Shown here one piece after another: positions 9,970 to 20,059 of a DNA stretch of 64,000 bases. The position numbers were made by a program, and so were the translations under genes. Origin of the DNA: Candidatus Poribacteria bacterium (GTDB lineage: Bacteria > Poribacteria > WGA-4E > PCPOR2b); contig OZ220744.1 in NCBI GenBank assembly GCA_965116925.1, positions 3,328,001 through 3,392,000 of the forward strand. The letters run 5' to 3'. Every line of letters starts with the position of its first letter. The first letter of the stretch is position 1. The notes under the pieces were generated by a model, which ran no database searches, was not told the origin of the DNA, and saw only the letters and a list, made by a program, of their open reading frames with translations.

Positions 9970-11949
9970 ATGTCAAACACCGATCAACTTACCGATCTAT
10001 TCACCGGAGTCTCCCAAACGATAAACGATACACGGACCTATCAAACCCGAAATGTCCACACAGTCTACACCTTTCCCGGCTATACCAAAGCCGAATGGAC
10101 GGCGAAAGCGGCGGAGCTTCGGGAACATATTTTGGTCAGCAACGGACTGACCCCGATGCCCGAAAAAACGCCGTTGAATGCCCATATCTTCGGACGGGTT
10201 GAACGCGAAGATTATACCGTCGAGAAGGTCTACTTTGAAGCCTATCCCGGTTTCTTCACAACCGGAAACCTCTACCGTCCAAAAGGGGTGAAAGGACCGT
10301 TTCCGGGAATTGTCAGTCCGCACGGACATTGGGGCAGAGGACGGTTAGAGAACAGCGAAGCCGGTTCAGTCCCCGGTCGTTGTATCAACTTTGCCAAGCA
10401 GGGCTACGTGATCTTTTCGTATGACATGGTCGGACGCTGCGACAGCGGGAAGCAGATTGATCATGCCTACGGCGGAGAACGCGAAGCACTCTGGGGCTTG
10501 AGTCTGATGGCACTCCAGTTGCGGAACGCGATTCGAGCTGTTGATTTCCTAGAGACGTTGCCCGATGTGGACAACGATCGAATTGGCTGCACCGGCGCAT
10601 CGGGTGGCGGAACACAAACGTTCATGCTCACGGCAGTCGATGACCGTATCAAAGTGTCCGCCCCGGTCAACATGATCTCCGCACACATGCAGGGCGGTTG
10701 CCTCTGTGAAAACGCACCGAACCTGCGACTGGACATCAGTAACATCGAAATCGGTGCGCTGATGGCACCCAAGCCGCTGTTACTCGTTTCTGCGACGGGG
10801 GATTGGACGAAGGATACGCCCAAAGTCGAGTATCCGGCGATTCGTAGTATCTACGCGCATTTCGACGCAGAGGATAAGGTACATGAGGTGCAGATCGACG
10901 CAGACCATAACTACAACAAAGACAGCCGTGAGGCGGTCTATGCTTGGTTCGGCAAATGGTTCTTAGGCGAAGAAGACGCAACAAAATTCAAAGAGGTGCC
11001 CTTTGAGGTAGAACGAGACGAAGCCTTGCTGGTCTTTCATAGCCGAGAACTGCCTGAGAGCGCGCTTGATGCCGAAGGACTCACCCGTTCATGGATCGAA
11101 AGTGCCGAAAAACAACTCGCAGCGCGTAAACCAACCGACGCAGCATCACTTGGGCGATTCCGTGAAGAGATGGGAGCCGCGCTCCGGCGTTCGCTCGCAA
11201 TCTCTACCCCCGACTCGACCCGCCCCAATCCCCTTGAAGTGGGCGATTTCACCGCGCAACCCTTTCTGATTGGAGGGAATAATCCGCTTCCCTCACTGTT
11301 CTTGACACCCAAAGCGGGGCAAGAGAACAGTTCGACCACACTGATTGTCCACCCGCAAGGAGCGATGAATCTAATCAACCCTGAAACTGGTGAACCGACG
11401 CGGTTGGTGGCGGATCTCCTCGCGGTTGGGGAGTCGATCTTAGGGGTAGATCCGTTTCTGACCGGCGCATACAGTGCCGCGGACGGAAAAGTGATACGGG
11501 ATACGAATGACCGATACTTTACCACCTACAACCGCACCGACGCCGCTCTCCGAGTTCAGGATATTGTGACTGCATTAACATATCTGAAATCGCAGATAGC
11601 TGTGTCAAACCTTAACTTGATTGGACTTGGGGAAGCGGGCTTATGGTGCCTCCTCGCTGCCGGGTTTGCCGATGTAGACCGTACCGTTATTGATGCTAAT
11701 GGATTCGACAGCGATAACGACGCAGCGTACCTCCGTACCCTGCCTATTCCGAGCATTCGGCGTGTCGGCGATTTTCGCACGGCAGGAACGCTTGTTGCAC
11801 CACGCCATCTACTTATCCACAATACTAGCACCACCTTTCAGACCAATTGGATCAAGGATGTGTATCGTGCCGTTGATGCCGCAGATCGGCTACGAGTGGA
11901 GAAGGAAGCGATATCAGAGGCAGATATCGCAGCATGGCTTACAGAATAA
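9970..11949 (+). CDS. Acetylxylan esterase-like alpha/beta hydrolase
   Basis: GCTGASGGGTQT nucleophile elbow, GGCLCEN, HNYN; second degenerate hydrolase domain; GGAG RBS before ATG 9970. Confidence 0.8.
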   Translation: MSNTDQLTDLFTGVSQTINDTRTYQTRNVHTVYTFPGYTKAEWTAKAAELREHILVSNGLTPMPEKTPLNAHIFGRVEREDYTVEKVYFEAYPGFFTTGNLYRPKGVKGPFPGIVSPHGHWGRGRLENSEAGSVPGRCINFAKQGYVIFSYDMVGRCDSGKQIDHAYGGEREALWGLSLMALQLRNAIRAVDFLETLPDVDNDRIGCTGASGGGTQTFMLTAVDDRIKVSAPVNMISAHMQGGCLCENAPNLRLDISNIEIGALMAPKPLLLVSATGDWTKDTPKVEYPAIRSIYAHFDAEDKVHEVQIDADHNYNKDSREAVYAWFGKWFLGEEDATKFKEVPFEVERDEALLVFHSRELPESALDAEGLTRSWIESAEKQLAARKPTDAASLGRFREEMGAALRRSLAISTPDSTRPNPLEVGDFTAQPFLIGGNNPLPSLFLTPKAGQENSSTTLIVHPQGAMNLINPETGEPTRLVADLLAVGESILGVDPFLTGAYSAADGKVIRDTNDRYFTTYNRTDAALRVQDIVTALTYLKSQIAVSNLNLIGLGEAGLWCLLAAGFADVDRTVIDANGFDSDNDAAYLRTLPIPSIRRVGDFRTAGTLVAPRHLLIHNTSTTFQTNWIKDVYRAVDAADRLRVEKEAISEADIAAWLTE

Positions 11950-11974
11950 CACGGGGTTCTGTTGACATTTGACA

Positions 11975-12076
11975 CGTAGGTTGGGTTGAACGGTTAGCCG
12001 TCAATTCCTATCAAGCCCCATAGAGGCTCCGTCGTCCAACACCACCTGCTTATAGACAGATAAAGTGAAACCCAAC
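11975..12076. repeat. REP-like element cgtaggttgggttga...gaaacccaac with variable loop
   Basis: Same arms at about 17452-17554, 24723-24755 and 45833-45866. Confidence 0.8.
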
Positions 12077-12254
12077 TCCGTTTTGCATCGGGACGCTTCC
12101 CGTTCAAAAAACTGTTTCGTAAAAGTACGCTTTTGTACCACGATCTGTTAGATTGTGATCCCACCTTGCAAACTAACAGTTCGCGCTACATTTGGCAGAT
12201 TGCCTGATGATTACAGCGTTTGCCGAATTAGCAACATCAAAATCTCAACACGTC

Positions 12255-12373
12255 CTAGTACACTGTCAGGCAAATTATGATTGTCTATATGGATTGAGAC
12301 TCATAATACTTCGTAGGGGTCGGGTCACCCGACCCCCTTGTTGATATGCAAAACTTATATGACTGAGTACTAG
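12255..12373. mobile_element. CTAG-bounded MITE carrying a gtaggggtcgggtcacccgacccc hairpin
   Basis: Near-identical copy at 29477-29594; related inverted longer copy at 63547-63763; imperfect terminal IRs ctagtacactgtca / tgactgagtactag. Confidence 0.8.
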
Positions 12374-12597
12374 TAGCACAGGTTTCTTAACCTGCGAATC
12401 ACGTTTCACACATCACGCGTTATTCTCCATATTCACGGGGAAAACGGAGAGTTTTGCAGTAATTTGTTTTATCCTATGAAGTCAACTCCCGCAAAACAGG
12501 AAAGTATATACTTGACTGTGCCTCACTCTGATACTATAATTATCACTAGGTGAGAACTTTCCCTCGTAATCGTATGTTAGGAGACCAAAACAAAGAT

Positions 12598-12951
12598 ATG
12601 AACGACCACATTCAGCACTACGCAGATAAACTAAAATACGAAACGGACTCTTGGGACCTCAACGAAGCGATACAGAATGACGAACGAGTCGTCGTAATTG
12701 ATGCGCGATCCCCCGAAGCATTCGCAGAAGCACATATTCCGGGCGCAATCAGCTTCCCACATCGAACCATGAACGAGGATTCAACAGCGAATCTGGATCG
12801 AGACGCACTTTATGTGACATACTGCGACGGTATCGGCTGCAATGCGTCAACAAAGGGCGCGCTGAATATGGCACGATTAGGATTTCGTGTGAAAGAACTT
12901 ATGGGAGGTTTGGACTGGTGGAAGCGAGACGGTTACCCCATCGAAACTTGA
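12598..12951 (+). CDS. Rhodanese-like domain protein
   Basis: IDARSPEAFAEAHIPGA, YCDGIGCNAS, LMGGLDWW. Confidence 0.9.
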   Translation: MNDHIQHYADKLKYETDSWDLNEAIQNDERVVVIDARSPEAFAEAHIPGAISFPHRTMNEDSTANLDRDALYVTYCDGIGCNASTKGALNMARLGFRVKELMGGLDWWKRDGYPIET

Positions 12952-13041
12952 AAAGCAGATTCGGTGTGAAAATCCTGTGATTATAGCTGATTCACGCTGC
13001 TAAAAGGTAATTTCCCATCGGCTAGTGAAGCACAAACCCTT

Positions 13042-13860
13042 ATGAACTTTCAAACGAGGTCATTATCAGAAAACTTCGGTGCGGAAATCCTTGATGTAGA
13101 TTTAACGCAGATCGATGCGGATATGGCAGAGACCGTTCTATCTGCTGTCCATAAGCACGCGCTCCTGCTGTTGCGCCGACAGTCCCTGCACGACGAAGAC
13201 ATCTATCGGCTGAGTGCGGCACTCGGTCCAGTCGAAGAACCGCCTGCCGCCAAAGACAACCACAGTCCCGGTTTCAAATCAATCGTCTACCTTGCCAATA
13301 TCAATAGTCTGGACGGAAGGCTCATCAGAGGAAACTTTGTTGAGAATACGGATGGCGGCTGGCACTCCGATCAGGCGTATCGGAAAAATCCCGCCACCCT
13401 GTCCACCCTGTTCTGCGTTATTGCTCCGGAATCCGGCGGGAGTACGAGCTTCACTAGCACTCGGCTGGGATACGAATCCCTGCCACCTGAACTCAAAGAT
13501 CGTCTCAAAAACATGAAAGTGCGGTACAGTCCGGGGGCATCGCACGGCGTCCCGGATATCGAAGTTACCCATCCCGCTGTCCTCGTCAATCCTAAGAGCG
13601 GGATCAAAACCCTCTACGTCGGTCCCGGCGCACGGGGTTTTGAGGGACTGGACAATGCAGAAGGGCGTGCCCTTAAAGAAGAGTTGCTGTCGTATCAATT
13701 TCGACCTGAACACATCTATCGGCACAACTGGCGCATGGGAGACATGCTCATTTACGATAACGCACACTTCCTTCACAGACGGGACGCATTTGAAGGGATC
13801 CGATTTCACAAAGCAACCCGTCTGTACCTTTCACCCGATCGGTTTGCCGTGCCGGACTAG
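13042..13860 (+). CDS. TauD/TfdA-family 2-oxoglutarate-dependent dioxygenase
   Basis: WHSD (HxD), GGSTSF, WRMGDMLIYDN...HRR. Confidence 0.92.
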   Translation: MNFQTRSLSENFGAEILDVDLTQIDADMAETVLSAVHKHALLLLRRQSLHDEDIYRLSAALGPVEEPPAAKDNHSPGFKSIVYLANINSLDGRLIRGNFVENTDGGWHSDQAYRKNPATLSTLFCVIAPESGGSTSFTSTRLGYESLPPELKDRLKNMKVRYSPGASHGVPDIEVTHPAVLVNPKSGIKTLYVGPGARGFEGLDNAEGRALKEELLSYQFRPEHIYRHNWRMGDMLIYDNAHFLHRRDAFEGIRFHKATRLYLSPDRFAVPD

Positions 13861-13922
13861 CATAAGAATTGAATTCTTGAGGGCAACATTTTCAACTTGA
13901 GCAGAGCTTGATTGGATTGAAT

Positions 13923-14639
13923 ATGAATGAGAAAGAACCGTCACATTTGTCTTCAGATGAAATTGAAGAAATCGAAGAACTCACGCTACGCTGGATTTTT
14001 CAAGCGATTCTCGATTTTGGAATGGAAGCGCATGAGATATTCTTAAACTCGCCGGATAGTGTGAAAGATATTGCAGAAGATATTACAAGAGAATTGCTAG
14101 ACCGTCTTCCCGGATTTAATGTGCAACAAAGAATATACGGAACTGTTGATTATAAAAGGGCTAGATATATTATCTTACCAGAAAAAACGGTAAGGCAAGC
14201 CCTCTTTATAGATTCAAAAGCGGAGAAGGAGAATCGATCAGCGACTATACAAATGTCTCAAACCTCTATGTGGGTAAAACAGCGAAGAAGCGGTAGTCCT
14301 ATAAATGAGAAAGGTATCCTACCAGAAATATCTGAGTATGGAGGTAAAAATTACCTTACAACAACCTGTTTAGTACACTTTATGTACAGAGATGAATCGG
14401 GGATGCATCACTTAAAAGAAGTTAAAATTACATCAATTCCCAATGGAAAATTGCAAGACAGGTACAATCCAACTGTTGATGAAGGAATATGGCTAGCAGG
14501 ACGAAATGCTCCGACCCGTGGAGAAGATTTTAGGGTTCGAGTCAGTTTTGCTAAACTAAAACAAAAAGCGTCATGGCGAGTTCAAGTCATACATTATGAT
14601 GAAATTAACGGAGAGTGCAGAGGAAAATGGCAGTCATAG
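13923..14639 (+). CDS. SfiI-family type II restriction endonuclease
   Basis: IAEDITRE, GTVDYKRARY, FIDSKAE, LVHFMY, RYNP...GRNAPTRGEDFRVRV...WRVQ resemble R.SfiI; AT-rich; coupled to a methyltransferase. Confidence 0.85.
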   Translation: MNEKEPSHLSSDEIEEIEELTLRWIFQAILDFGMEAHEIFLNSPDSVKDIAEDITRELLDRLPGFNVQQRIYGTVDYKRARYIILPEKTVRQALFIDSKAEKENRSATIQMSQTSMWVKQRRSGSPINEKGILPEISEYGGKNYLTTTCLVHFMYRDESGMHHLKEVKITSIPNGKLQDRYNPTVDEGIWLAGRNAPTRGEDFRVRVSFAKLKQKASWRVQVIHYDEINGECRGKWQS

Positions 14640-15646
14640 GTATTAAAGAATTCCTAGAAGAAAACCATATTTATCATGGTGATTCCCGGGTACTTTTGAA
14701 GAATATTAAACCCGACTCAATCGCACTAAGCACTTGGTCCCCCCCATACTTTGTCGGGAAATCATACGAAAAAGATCTGTCCTTTACGGAATGGAAAAAT
14801 TTACTGCAAGAGGTAATCAAGCAACATTTTCCAATTATAAAACCGGGAGGATTCCTAGCTATCAATATCGCCGATATTTTATGCTTCAAAGATCAATCAA
14901 TGCCAAAAATCATGGCAGAAAATGTATCTCGAAGAAAAGTCGAACTCACTAAGGAACAAATAGTAGAAGTCAAGCGCAAACACCCCACATGGAATAGATA
15001 CGAACTCGCAGCATATTTTGGGTGCAGTGAACAAACCATTGATAGACGACTTAACGGAAATAACATTAGAGGTGGAAAGTATCAAACGCAGACACGAGTT
15101 TTTTTGGTTAGCGGTCTGATCGAGGAGGCGGCTAACGAAGCGGGTTTCTACTTGTACGATCGGCGCGTCTGGGTGAAAGATGCAGCATGGGAGAATTCAA
15201 AATGGCATACAATCTCTTATCGGTCTGTTGACGAGTTTGAATATATTTATATATTCTGGAAGCCAGGTATTACTAAGGTTGATCGTTTTCGACTGACGAA
15301 GCAAGAATGGGTCAACTGGGGTTCGAGAGCGGTTTGGGAAATCCCTTCAGTTCGCAGCAATACTGATCACGAATCAAAATTTCCTGTTGAACTACCGAGA
15401 AGAATCATAAGGTTATTGACAGAAACCGGTGATATTGTCCTTGATTGTTTTATTGGCAGTGGAACAACGGCACTGGCGGCAATTAGCGAAGGCAGGAAAT
15501 ATATCGGAATTGATAAAGAGAAAAAATCTGTGAAGATTGCATTAGATGCCGTTTCTTCTTTTGAACAACTCAGTAAGGAACCAGAACAGATGGATCTTTT
15601 CATTCGTGATATAGAAGAAAGATATGACACAAAGGCGCGTACCTAA
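14627..15646 (+). CDS. N4-cytosine DNA methyltransferase (beta class), partner of the SfiI-like nuclease
   Basis: SPPY catalytic motif precedes DCFIGSGTT SAM motif; overlaps the nuclease stop. Confidence 0.92.
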   Translation: MAVIGIKEFLEENHIYHGDSRVLLKNIKPDSIALSTWSPPYFVGKSYEKDLSFTEWKNLLQEVIKQHFPIIKPGGFLAINIADILCFKDQSMPKIMAENVSRRKVELTKEQIVEVKRKHPTWNRYELAAYFGCSEQTIDRRLNGNNIRGGKYQTQTRVFLVSGLIEEAANEAGFYLYDRRVWVKDAAWENSKWHTISYRSVDEFEYIYIFWKPGITKVDRFRLTKQEWVNWGSRAVWEIPSVRSNTDHESKFPVELPRRIIRLLTETGDIVLDCFIGSGTTALAAISEGRKYIGIDKEKKSVKIALDAVSSFEQLSKEPEQMDLFIRDIEERYDTKART

Positions 15647-15666
15647 GATAGTTGAGGTGATTATCA

Positions 15667-15876
15667 ATGATTCACAATGATCAAGAACTTGAAGTAACCA
15701 AGGAACGCATCAGGTACTTTCAGCAACAAGTCGAAAGGCTCCGACAGGTTGAAACAAAGCCGCAGAATTATCAATTATCAGCAGGGGGCTTTCTTGCGGA
15801 AATCGATCGGATGAATCTTGAAGTGAGAGAGTATCTTTCACTTCATCCAAGTGAACTGAAAGAACGGGTCGCTTGA
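15667..15876 (+). CDS. Small helical hypothetical protein
   Basis: GAGGT RBS; 69-aa ORF MIHNDQELEVTKERI... Confidence 0.65.
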   Translation: MIHNDQELEVTKERIRYFQQQVERLRQVETKPQNYQLSAGGFLAEIDRMNLEVREYLSLHPSELKERVA

Positions 15877-15954
15877 GTTGTCGATAAACTTCTGCCGTAC
15901 TTGACCGATTCATTGAAAGACTGAACACGCTTCGCTCAGAAATGGAGGAGACCA

Positions 15955-16404
15955 ATGAATATCCGCAGTCCCTATGACCAACTCGCTGGCTGCACATGGT
16001 TCGCAAGAATTGTTGACAAAATTCGGCGTGATCAGGAAGGCACTTTAAGCGAAGAGTATCAGGAATATCTCTGTAATCCGAGTGCAACGGATGGATTGTT
16101 CCTGTATTTTTTCGACATAGATTCCGATGAATTTGTCGACAATGTATGCAAACATTTGGCCGATGAGGATCTTGAGAGGTGGTTTTTGGGATTGCATAGT
16201 GTGACACCAGAAATAGTCAGTCAGTGGAACGATTTCGCTGTGTCGCTCGGATCTAATGGAGAGCGTTCCCGTTTAATGTTTGAAGAGGCTTTGAACAACA
16301 TCTACTCAGAGTGCGACGACCCTGAGGTTCAGACGTTCTATGACCTTATCGACTGGGATGAGGGCAAATTCCCCAACCCCAAAAGGGAACAGTATTTCGC
16401 TTAA
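15955..16404 (+). CDS. DUF5069-like protein
   Basis: RSPYDQLAG..W.ARIVDKIR and DLIDWDEG motifs; GGAGG RBS. Confidence 0.75.
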   Translation: MNIRSPYDQLAGCTWFARIVDKIRRDQEGTLSEEYQEYLCNPSATDGLFLYFFDIDSDEFVDNVCKHLADEDLERWFLGLHSVTPEIVSQWNDFAVSLGSNGERSRLMFEEALNNIYSECDDPEVQTFYDLIDWDEGKFPNPKREQYFA

Positions 16405-16446
16405 CTCGTTACTGAAGTCGATGTCGGGTGTCGTAGCTTTATCAAC

Positions 16447-16599
16447 AGGACTTACGCACCTCATATTGTAGTTGCCCGATTCATCGGGCGTTTCGGGTTA
16501 TGGTCAGAATCCATACCCATCGTAGGCGGGGCATCTTGCCCCGCGTTGGCGCTGAAGTATCAAACTACAAAACCTCAGCGTTCAACTGCGTAAGTCCTA
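16447..16599. mobile_element. MITE with aggacttacgca / tgcgtaagtcct terminal inverted repeats
   Basis: 12-bp IRs enclosing GTAG-REP hairpins; second family member at about 30772-30858. Confidence 0.75.
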
Positions 16600-16626
16600 A
16601 TCAATTTAGAATGGGGAGCTTTGAGC

Positions 16627-17358
16627 ATGAACAACGCAAAAGCCATTATACCATTCGGCTTCTTGCTCGCGCTCGGTCTTGTGATTTCGACACATCTCGT
16701 TACCAATGCGATGCGGGATATACGGATGTCTCACCAGATTATCAAGGTTAGGGGATATGCCGAGACTCAAGTCGAATCGGACTTGGCGATATGGAACATG
16801 ACGGTCAAAGCAAGGGATAGGGATATGGAAGACGCATATTCGGATCTTGCTAGATATCGTGAGAAGGTGTTAGATTTTCTAGAGGAGAGTGGTGTAGAAA
16901 CCCAACAGATAAAAATTCTCTCAGTCGATGTGGATGAACACAAGAAGTTAACGGAAAAGGGACACAAAACAAGCAAGACGGAGACATTTGAACTCTCTCA
17001 AGGAATCGAGGTTAAATCGAGGGATGTGCAAAAGGTATCCAAAATATCAACGGCGGTTGCAGATCTGCTGGGCAAAGGCATCGAATTACAGGCGGGAACG
17101 CCTCGCTATTATTACATGCAAGTGAACGAGTTGAAGAGTGAGTTACTGGTGGCAGCAACAAAAGACGCACGGATGCGAGCGCAGACACTCGCTGAAGGCA
17201 GTGGAGTAAAGCTGGGACCACTCCGCGCAGCGCGTCAGGGGGTATTCAGTGTGCGTTCTGCAGATTCCAGCAGTGTTTCCGAGAGAAGCCGTGATGATGT
17301 CTCGTCCATTTCCAAGAAGGTTACTGCTATAGTGACAGTCGATTACGCGATGCAATAG
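16627..17358 (+). CDS. SIMPL (DUF541) domain protein
   Basis: Signal anchor, IKVRGYAE...SDLAIW, ATKDARMRAQTLAEGSG.KLG.LR.ARQG. Confidence 0.88.
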   Translation: MNNAKAIIPFGFLLALGLVISTHLVTNAMRDIRMSHQIIKVRGYAETQVESDLAIWNMTVKARDRDMEDAYSDLARYREKVLDFLEESGVETQQIKILSVDVDEHKKLTEKGHKTSKTETFELSQGIEVKSRDVQKVSKISTAVADLLGKGIELQAGTPRYYYMQVNELKSELLVAATKDARMRAQTLAEGSGVKLGPLRAARQGVFSVRSADSSSVSERSRDDVSSISKKVTAIVTVDYAMQ

Positions 17359-17576
17359 AGTAAGGGAGTTGTAGCGCAGATTTCCCAATCTGCGATTGCC
17401 TTCGATGCAGAATCGGAGGAGGTTGTGTGTCAAGTGTGTAGTGCAACAGCGCGTAGGTTGGGTTGAACGGAAATCCATAAAGAATTGTACGCAGCAGAGA
17501 GGCTTTTGAGATTTCATGCCACTTGAAATTTCTGAGCTACGAGTGAAACCCAACGCCTCATCTAATTATCAGCTAT

Positions 17577-18113
17577 ATGTCAAACAACATGCCACAATCA
17601 GCACTCGGTGTCACTGTTCCAGAAGCGGAACCTTGGGTAAAAGATCTACGTGAACGCTACGATCCAACTGCTGCAGCTGGAGTGCCTGCACATGTCACAG
17701 TGCTTTTCCCGTTCATACCGCCTGATTTACTCACAGACAGCGATCTCGCTAAAACCACCAAAACATTTCAGCGTTTTCGACCCTTTGAGTTCAGGCTGGA
17801 GCAAGTTGGTCAATTCCCCGAATCCCTTTATCTTGTACCTGAACCCGATGAACCGTTCATTTCGCTCACCGAAGCGATTGTGCGCCAATTCCCTGAATAT
17901 CCACCTTACGGCGGCAAATTCACCGAGATCGTTCCACACCTGACAGTTGCGAACAGGAGTGCGAAGTTCTCAGCCATTGCAGAGATGGAGCTCTCGGCGA
18001 TAATGAAGGAGTTAGGACCAATCCATGCGGTTTGCAATGTTGTCGAATTATATGAAAACTCAAGCGGACACTGGAGGTGGGCGCAGTCCTTCCCTCTCCA
18101 AAATGGTGCCTAA
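17577..18113 (+). CDS. 2H phosphoesterase / 2'-5' RNA ligase family protein
   Basis: Two HxT motifs (AHVTVL, PHLTVA). Confidence 0.88.
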   Translation: MSNNMPQSALGVTVPEAEPWVKDLRERYDPTAAAGVPAHVTVLFPFIPPDLLTDSDLAKTTKTFQRFRPFEFRLEQVGQFPESLYLVPEPDEPFISLTEAIVRQFPEYPPYGGKFTEIVPHLTVANRSAKFSAIAEMELSAIMKELGPIHAVCNVVELYENSSGHWRWAQSFPLQNGA

Positions 18114-18129
18114 CAACACAAGCAAACCA

Positions 18130-18591
18130 ATGCTATATCGCATAATCTTACTATGCGCTACATTCTCCCTGCTGCTTGGTTGTATACTCAAAGACGATGA
18201 GCGATTGACTAATATTCAGTCGGAACTGGATCAGAATCGGAAGAGGTGGGCATCGGCGGTGGTGTCTAATTATGAATTTAATTTCCGATGGAAGTGTTAT
18301 TGCTCAGAGGAATTTGTGGAGCCAGTTAACATCTCCGTGCGTGAAAACAGGATTGTTGATGTCGCTTTTGTGGCAGATGATGTTCCATTTACCATGATAG
18401 GTCTCTGGGAGTACCAGACAGTTGATAAACTTTTTGATCTCCTGCAAGAGGCAGTTGATAAGAATGCACACAGCATTTCAGTTGACTATCACTCTGAATT
18501 AGGCTATCCCGTAAGGGCGTCAATTGATTATGAGGAGTACACCGTTGACGAAGAGAAAGGCTTTGAGATCGATAGTTTGTCTATAGAATGA
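18130..18591 (+). CDS. Putative lipoprotein (DUF6174-like)
   Basis: Lipobox LLGC; CYC; TVDKLF; Y...LGYP...IDY...DEE. Confidence 0.7.
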   Translation: MLYRIILLCATFSLLLGCILKDDERLTNIQSELDQNRKRWASAVVSNYEFNFRWKCYCSEEFVEPVNISVRENRIVDVAFVADDVPFTMIGLWEYQTVDKLFDLLQEAVDKNAHSISVDYHSELGYPVRASIDYEEYTVDEEKGFEIDSLSIE

Positions 18592-18627
18592 CTACAACCC
18601 TTACGACTGCCATAGAGAAGATATACA

Positions 18628-19071
18628 ATGCTCATCATCCAAAACATCGTTACGAAAGATACCAAACACTATCCACGAGAGCGAGACACCGTATATCTCA
18701 ATTGGGAGGCTCGCCAAAAATGCCGGCAGCGGCTCAGAACGAAAGCCGGACGAGAGATTGGGCTTGCACTACCCACCGGCACCCGCTTGTCGCCCGGCGA
18801 CGTTTTGTGTCGGGATGCGGACGTTGAAATCGTCGTCGAGGGAAAGCCAGAGAAGGTGTTTGCCCTTCGTCCTCAGAAACGCGAGACTTTCGGTCTCATC
18901 TGCTACCAGATCGGAAACCTGCATCGCCCCATCGGATTCGATGATGGCGCGATTCTTGTCCCTTACGAACCTGTTCTCGAAAAACAATTCACCCGGCTCG
19001 GATTCACCTATACCGTTGAGGAACGGGTATTCACAGGTGTCCCCCAACAATCACAGTCCCATGTCCACTGA
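18628..19071 (+). CDS. ureE: Urease accessory protein UreE
   Basis: RQRLRT..GREIGLAL, CYQIGNLH, C-terminal HVH. Confidence 0.9.
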   Translation: MLIIQNIVTKDTKHYPRERDTVYLNWEARQKCRQRLRTKAGREIGLALPTGTRLSPGDVLCRDADVEIVVEGKPEKVFALRPQKRETFGLICYQIGNLHRPIGFDDGAILVPYEPVLEKQFTRLGFTYTVEERVFTGVPQQSQSHVH

Positions 19072-19759
19072 TACCGCCCCACCGGGCAAATCCCTATTGA
19101 CACTCCTGCAGCTCACCGACAGTTTCTTTCCCACAGGTGCGTTCGCCCACTCCTTCGGTTTGGAAACCTACGTGCAGCATGAGCTTGTCAACGACCCTGA
19201 AACATTTGAGATGTTTCTCCGATCAACGCTCCATCACGGCGTCCGAAACGGTGATGCGGTTGCTATCGGGCTGACCTATAAGGCAATCGGGATCGAAGGG
19301 GTTGTTGACCTCGATGCGCGGCTCACTGCGATGAAGATTGCCCGTGAATTACGGGAGGGGAGCATCAAAATCGGCAAGCAATTCCTCCGAAACGCCGCGA
19401 TCCTTGAACGAAACGAAAAGCTAGACGAATATACCACGGAGGTTCGATCGGGCAGATGTACCGGACACCACGCAATCGCTTACGGCTTGGTCACGGCCGC
19501 AGCAAAGATTGACCTATTCTCAGCGGTACTCGGTTATCTGCACGCCCACATTGTCGGGCAGGTTTCCGCTGCGGTGCGATTGATTCCACTGAAGCCGACA
19601 GACGGACAAGGGATAATCCAAAGTATTCGCCCTGATCTTACTGACATCGCCCGGTTTGCTGAGGGAGCGGGCATGGACGATCTGGGCGGTTTTACACCGG
19701 GGCTTGATATCCGCGGTATGCAGCACGAAAGGCTATATTCAAGGCTATTTATCTCCTAA
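19061..19759 (+). CDS. ureF: Urease accessory protein UreF
   Basis: LLQLTDSFFPTGAFAHSFGLE, AAVRLIPL, HERLYSRLFIS; likely start ATG 19061 overlapping the ureE end. Confidence 0.93.
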   Translation: MSTDTAPPGKSLLTLLQLTDSFFPTGAFAHSFGLETYVQHELVNDPETFEMFLRSTLHHGVRNGDAVAIGLTYKAIGIEGVVDLDARLTAMKIARELREGSIKIGKQFLRNAAILERNEKLDEYTTEVRSGRCTGHHAIAYGLVTAAAKIDLFSAVLGYLHAHIVGQVSAAVRLIPLKPTDGQGIIQSIRPDLTDIARFAEGAGMDDLGGFTPGLDIRGMQHERLYSRLFIS

Positions 19760-19879
19760 CTCAGGGCAGACCAATGTAGGGGCAGCCCTTGTGGCTGCCC
19801 TTTTTCGGAAAACTTTCGCCCCCGGTAGGTGCGGTTTGCAACCGCACCGAATTCAATCAAACCCGGTAGGTGCGGTTTC

Positions 19880-19997
19880 ATGAGATTTAAGTATTTAAAT
19901 CGGTAATCCCTATTTTCCTCGAAACATACGGTAGGCGCGGTTTTCAACCGCGCCGGCATCGCTAGCAAATTACCGAATTATTTTTTTAATTTTCATC
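19880..19997. repeat. About 115-bp dispersed repeat with internal ggtaggcgcggttttcaaccgcgcc hairpin
   Basis: Near-identical second copy at about 43119-43235. Confidence 0.85.
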
Positions 19998-20059
19998 TAA
20001 CCGCACCGGTTTGGAGGGGCTCATTAATTCTCAGGTCCACTATAAAAGGACAGCGCTCC

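Noticed and set aside
17560..18135. Integron-cassette signature (gene ending gcctaac) in the 12.5-18.6 kb run of small genes
   Set aside because: Only a left core-like heptamer; no matching GTTRRRY, no attC hairpin and no integrase. At most a relic.
18758..19060. N-terminal extension of UreF in the ORF track
   Set aside because: Overlaps ureE in another frame; UreF homology starts after ATG 19061.
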